Of a stretch of DNA of 64,000 nt, positions 62,601-64,000 are shown piece after piece; the stretch's first letter is position 1, and each line of letters opens with the position of its first letter. The translations under genes were made by a program, and so were the position numbers. This DNA is from Eutreptiella sp. 'Long Island Sound 2002' (lineage: Eukaryota > Protista > Euglenida): positions 20,336,001 through 20,400,000 of the forward strand of contig OZ038378.1 in the NCBI GenBank assembly GCA_964036045.1. Direction: 5' to 3'. The notes beneath the pieces are model-generated. The model saw nothing but the letters and a program-made list of their open reading frames with translations. It did not search any database and was not told the origin of the DNA.

Positions 62601-64000
62601 CTTTGAAGTCATGGCCCCTATGTGGGAGCACACTCGGGCCTCTTTGAAGTCATGGCCTTTGTGCGGGAGCGCACTGGGGCCTCTTTGAAGTCATGGCTCC
62701 TGTGCAAGAGCGCACTGGGGCCACTTCGAAGTCATCACCCCTATGTAGGAGCGCACTGGGGCCTCTTTGAAGTCATGGCCCCTATGCAGGAGCGCACTGG
62801 GAGCTCTTTGAAGTCATGGCTCTTGTGCGGGAGCGCACCGGGGGCCCTTTGTACTTATGGCCCCTGTGTGGGGTTGCAGTGAGACCTCTTTGCAGTACGT
62901 GGGTGCACCCTTTGAAGCCATGGCCTCTATGTGGGAGCGCCCCGGGGCCTCTTTGAAGTCATGACCCTTGTGCAGGAGCGCACTGGGCCTCTTTGAAGTC
63001 ATGGCTCCTGTGCAAGAGCACACTGGGCCACTTCAAAGTCATCGGCCCTACGTAGGAGCGCACTGGGGCCTCTTTGAAGTCATGGCCCCTATGCAGGAGC
63101 GCACTGGGAGCTCTTTGAAGTCATGGCTCTTGTGCGGGCGTGCACTGGGGGCCCTTTGTACTTATGGCCCCTGTGTGGGGTTGTAGTGAGACCTCTTTGC
63201 AGTACGTGGGAGCACCCTTTGAAGCCATGGCCTCTATGCGGGAGTGCCCCGGGGCCTCTTTGAAGTCATGACCCTTGTGCGGGAGCGCACTGGGCCTCTT
63301 TGAAGCCATGGCTCCTGTGCGGGAGCGCACTGAGACCTCTTTGAAGAAACGGCTCCGGTGCGTGAGCGCACCGGGGCCTTTTTGAAGTCATGGCCCTTGT
63401 GGCAGAGCGCAATGGGGCCTCACAGAAATCGTGGTCCCTGTGCGCATTGGGGCTTCTTTGAAGTCATGGCCACTGTGCGGGAGCGCACAGGGGGCTCTTT
63501 GAAGTCACGGCCCCCGTGCGTGACTGCATTGGGGCCTCTTTCAAGTCATGGCCCCTGTGTGGGATCAGATTGGGGCCTCTTTCAAGTCATGACCCCTGTG
63601 CGGGAGCGCACTGGGGCCTCTTTGTACTTATGGCTCCTGTGCGGGAGCGCGCTGGGGCGTCATTGAAATTCTCGGCCCCGTCCAGGACCGCTCTGGAGCC
63701 TCATTGAAGTCATGGCCAGTGTGCGGGATTGCACTTGAGCATATTTGAAATCGTGGACCGTTTGTGGCATGGCACTGGGGCTTCTTTGAAGTCTTGGACC
63801 CTCTGCGGGAGCGCACTGGGGCCTCTTTGAATAATGGCCCCTGTGCGGGATTGCCCTGGGACCTCATTGAACCCGTGGCCTTTGTGCGGTAGCGCACTCA
63901 GGCTTCTTTGCAGTAATGTCCCTTGTGCGGGATTGCACTTGGGCCTGTCTAAAATCATTGACCTTGTGCGGGATCACAGTGCGGCCTCTTTGAAGTCACG

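Larger units (their letters stand above)
55830..64000. repeat. 41-bp satellite (continues past the window end)
   Basis: Consensus ggggcctctttgaagtcatggcccctgtgcgggagcgcact; roughly 190 diverged copies. Confidence 0.97.

Noticed and set aside
53120-64000. CRISPR-like look of hairpin repeats with linkers
   Set aside because: The linkers are variants of one sequence, not unique spacers; there are no cas genes and the context is eukaryotic.
55830-64000. Possible hammerhead ribozyme in the two-hairpin 41-bp monomer
   Set aside because: No CUGAnGA plus GAAA core on either strand of the consensus.

Overview
Repeat-rich eukaryotic nuclear DNA (GT-AG introns, microsatellites, satellites, interstitial TTAGGG). 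The organism cannot be fixed from the sequence; a large-genome protist is my guess. Almost all entries in the ORF track are artefacts of repeats or of GC-rich DNA. The one well-supported gene is a + strand kinesin. Eight motor-domain exons (19980-36156) splice in frame through seven GT-AG introns. The motor keeps the P-loop and the PYRESKLT microtubule-binding loop, but both switch motifs are degenerate. Further 3' exons probably run to about 53 kb. The first 19 kb and the large kinesin introns are a graveyard of decayed elements: a COMMD9-like fragment, a PHD-finger ORF between palindromic inverted repeats, a JAB/MPN deubiquitinase remnant, and tentative KDZ, MULE and LINE remnants. From about 53.1 kb to the end lie two abutting hairpin-rich satellites (47-bp and 41-bp monomers, both with higher-order structure). 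The 41-bp array carries an internal inversion and an intact 229-bp hAT-type MITE. There are no rRNA genes, no CRISPR array and no intact transposase.
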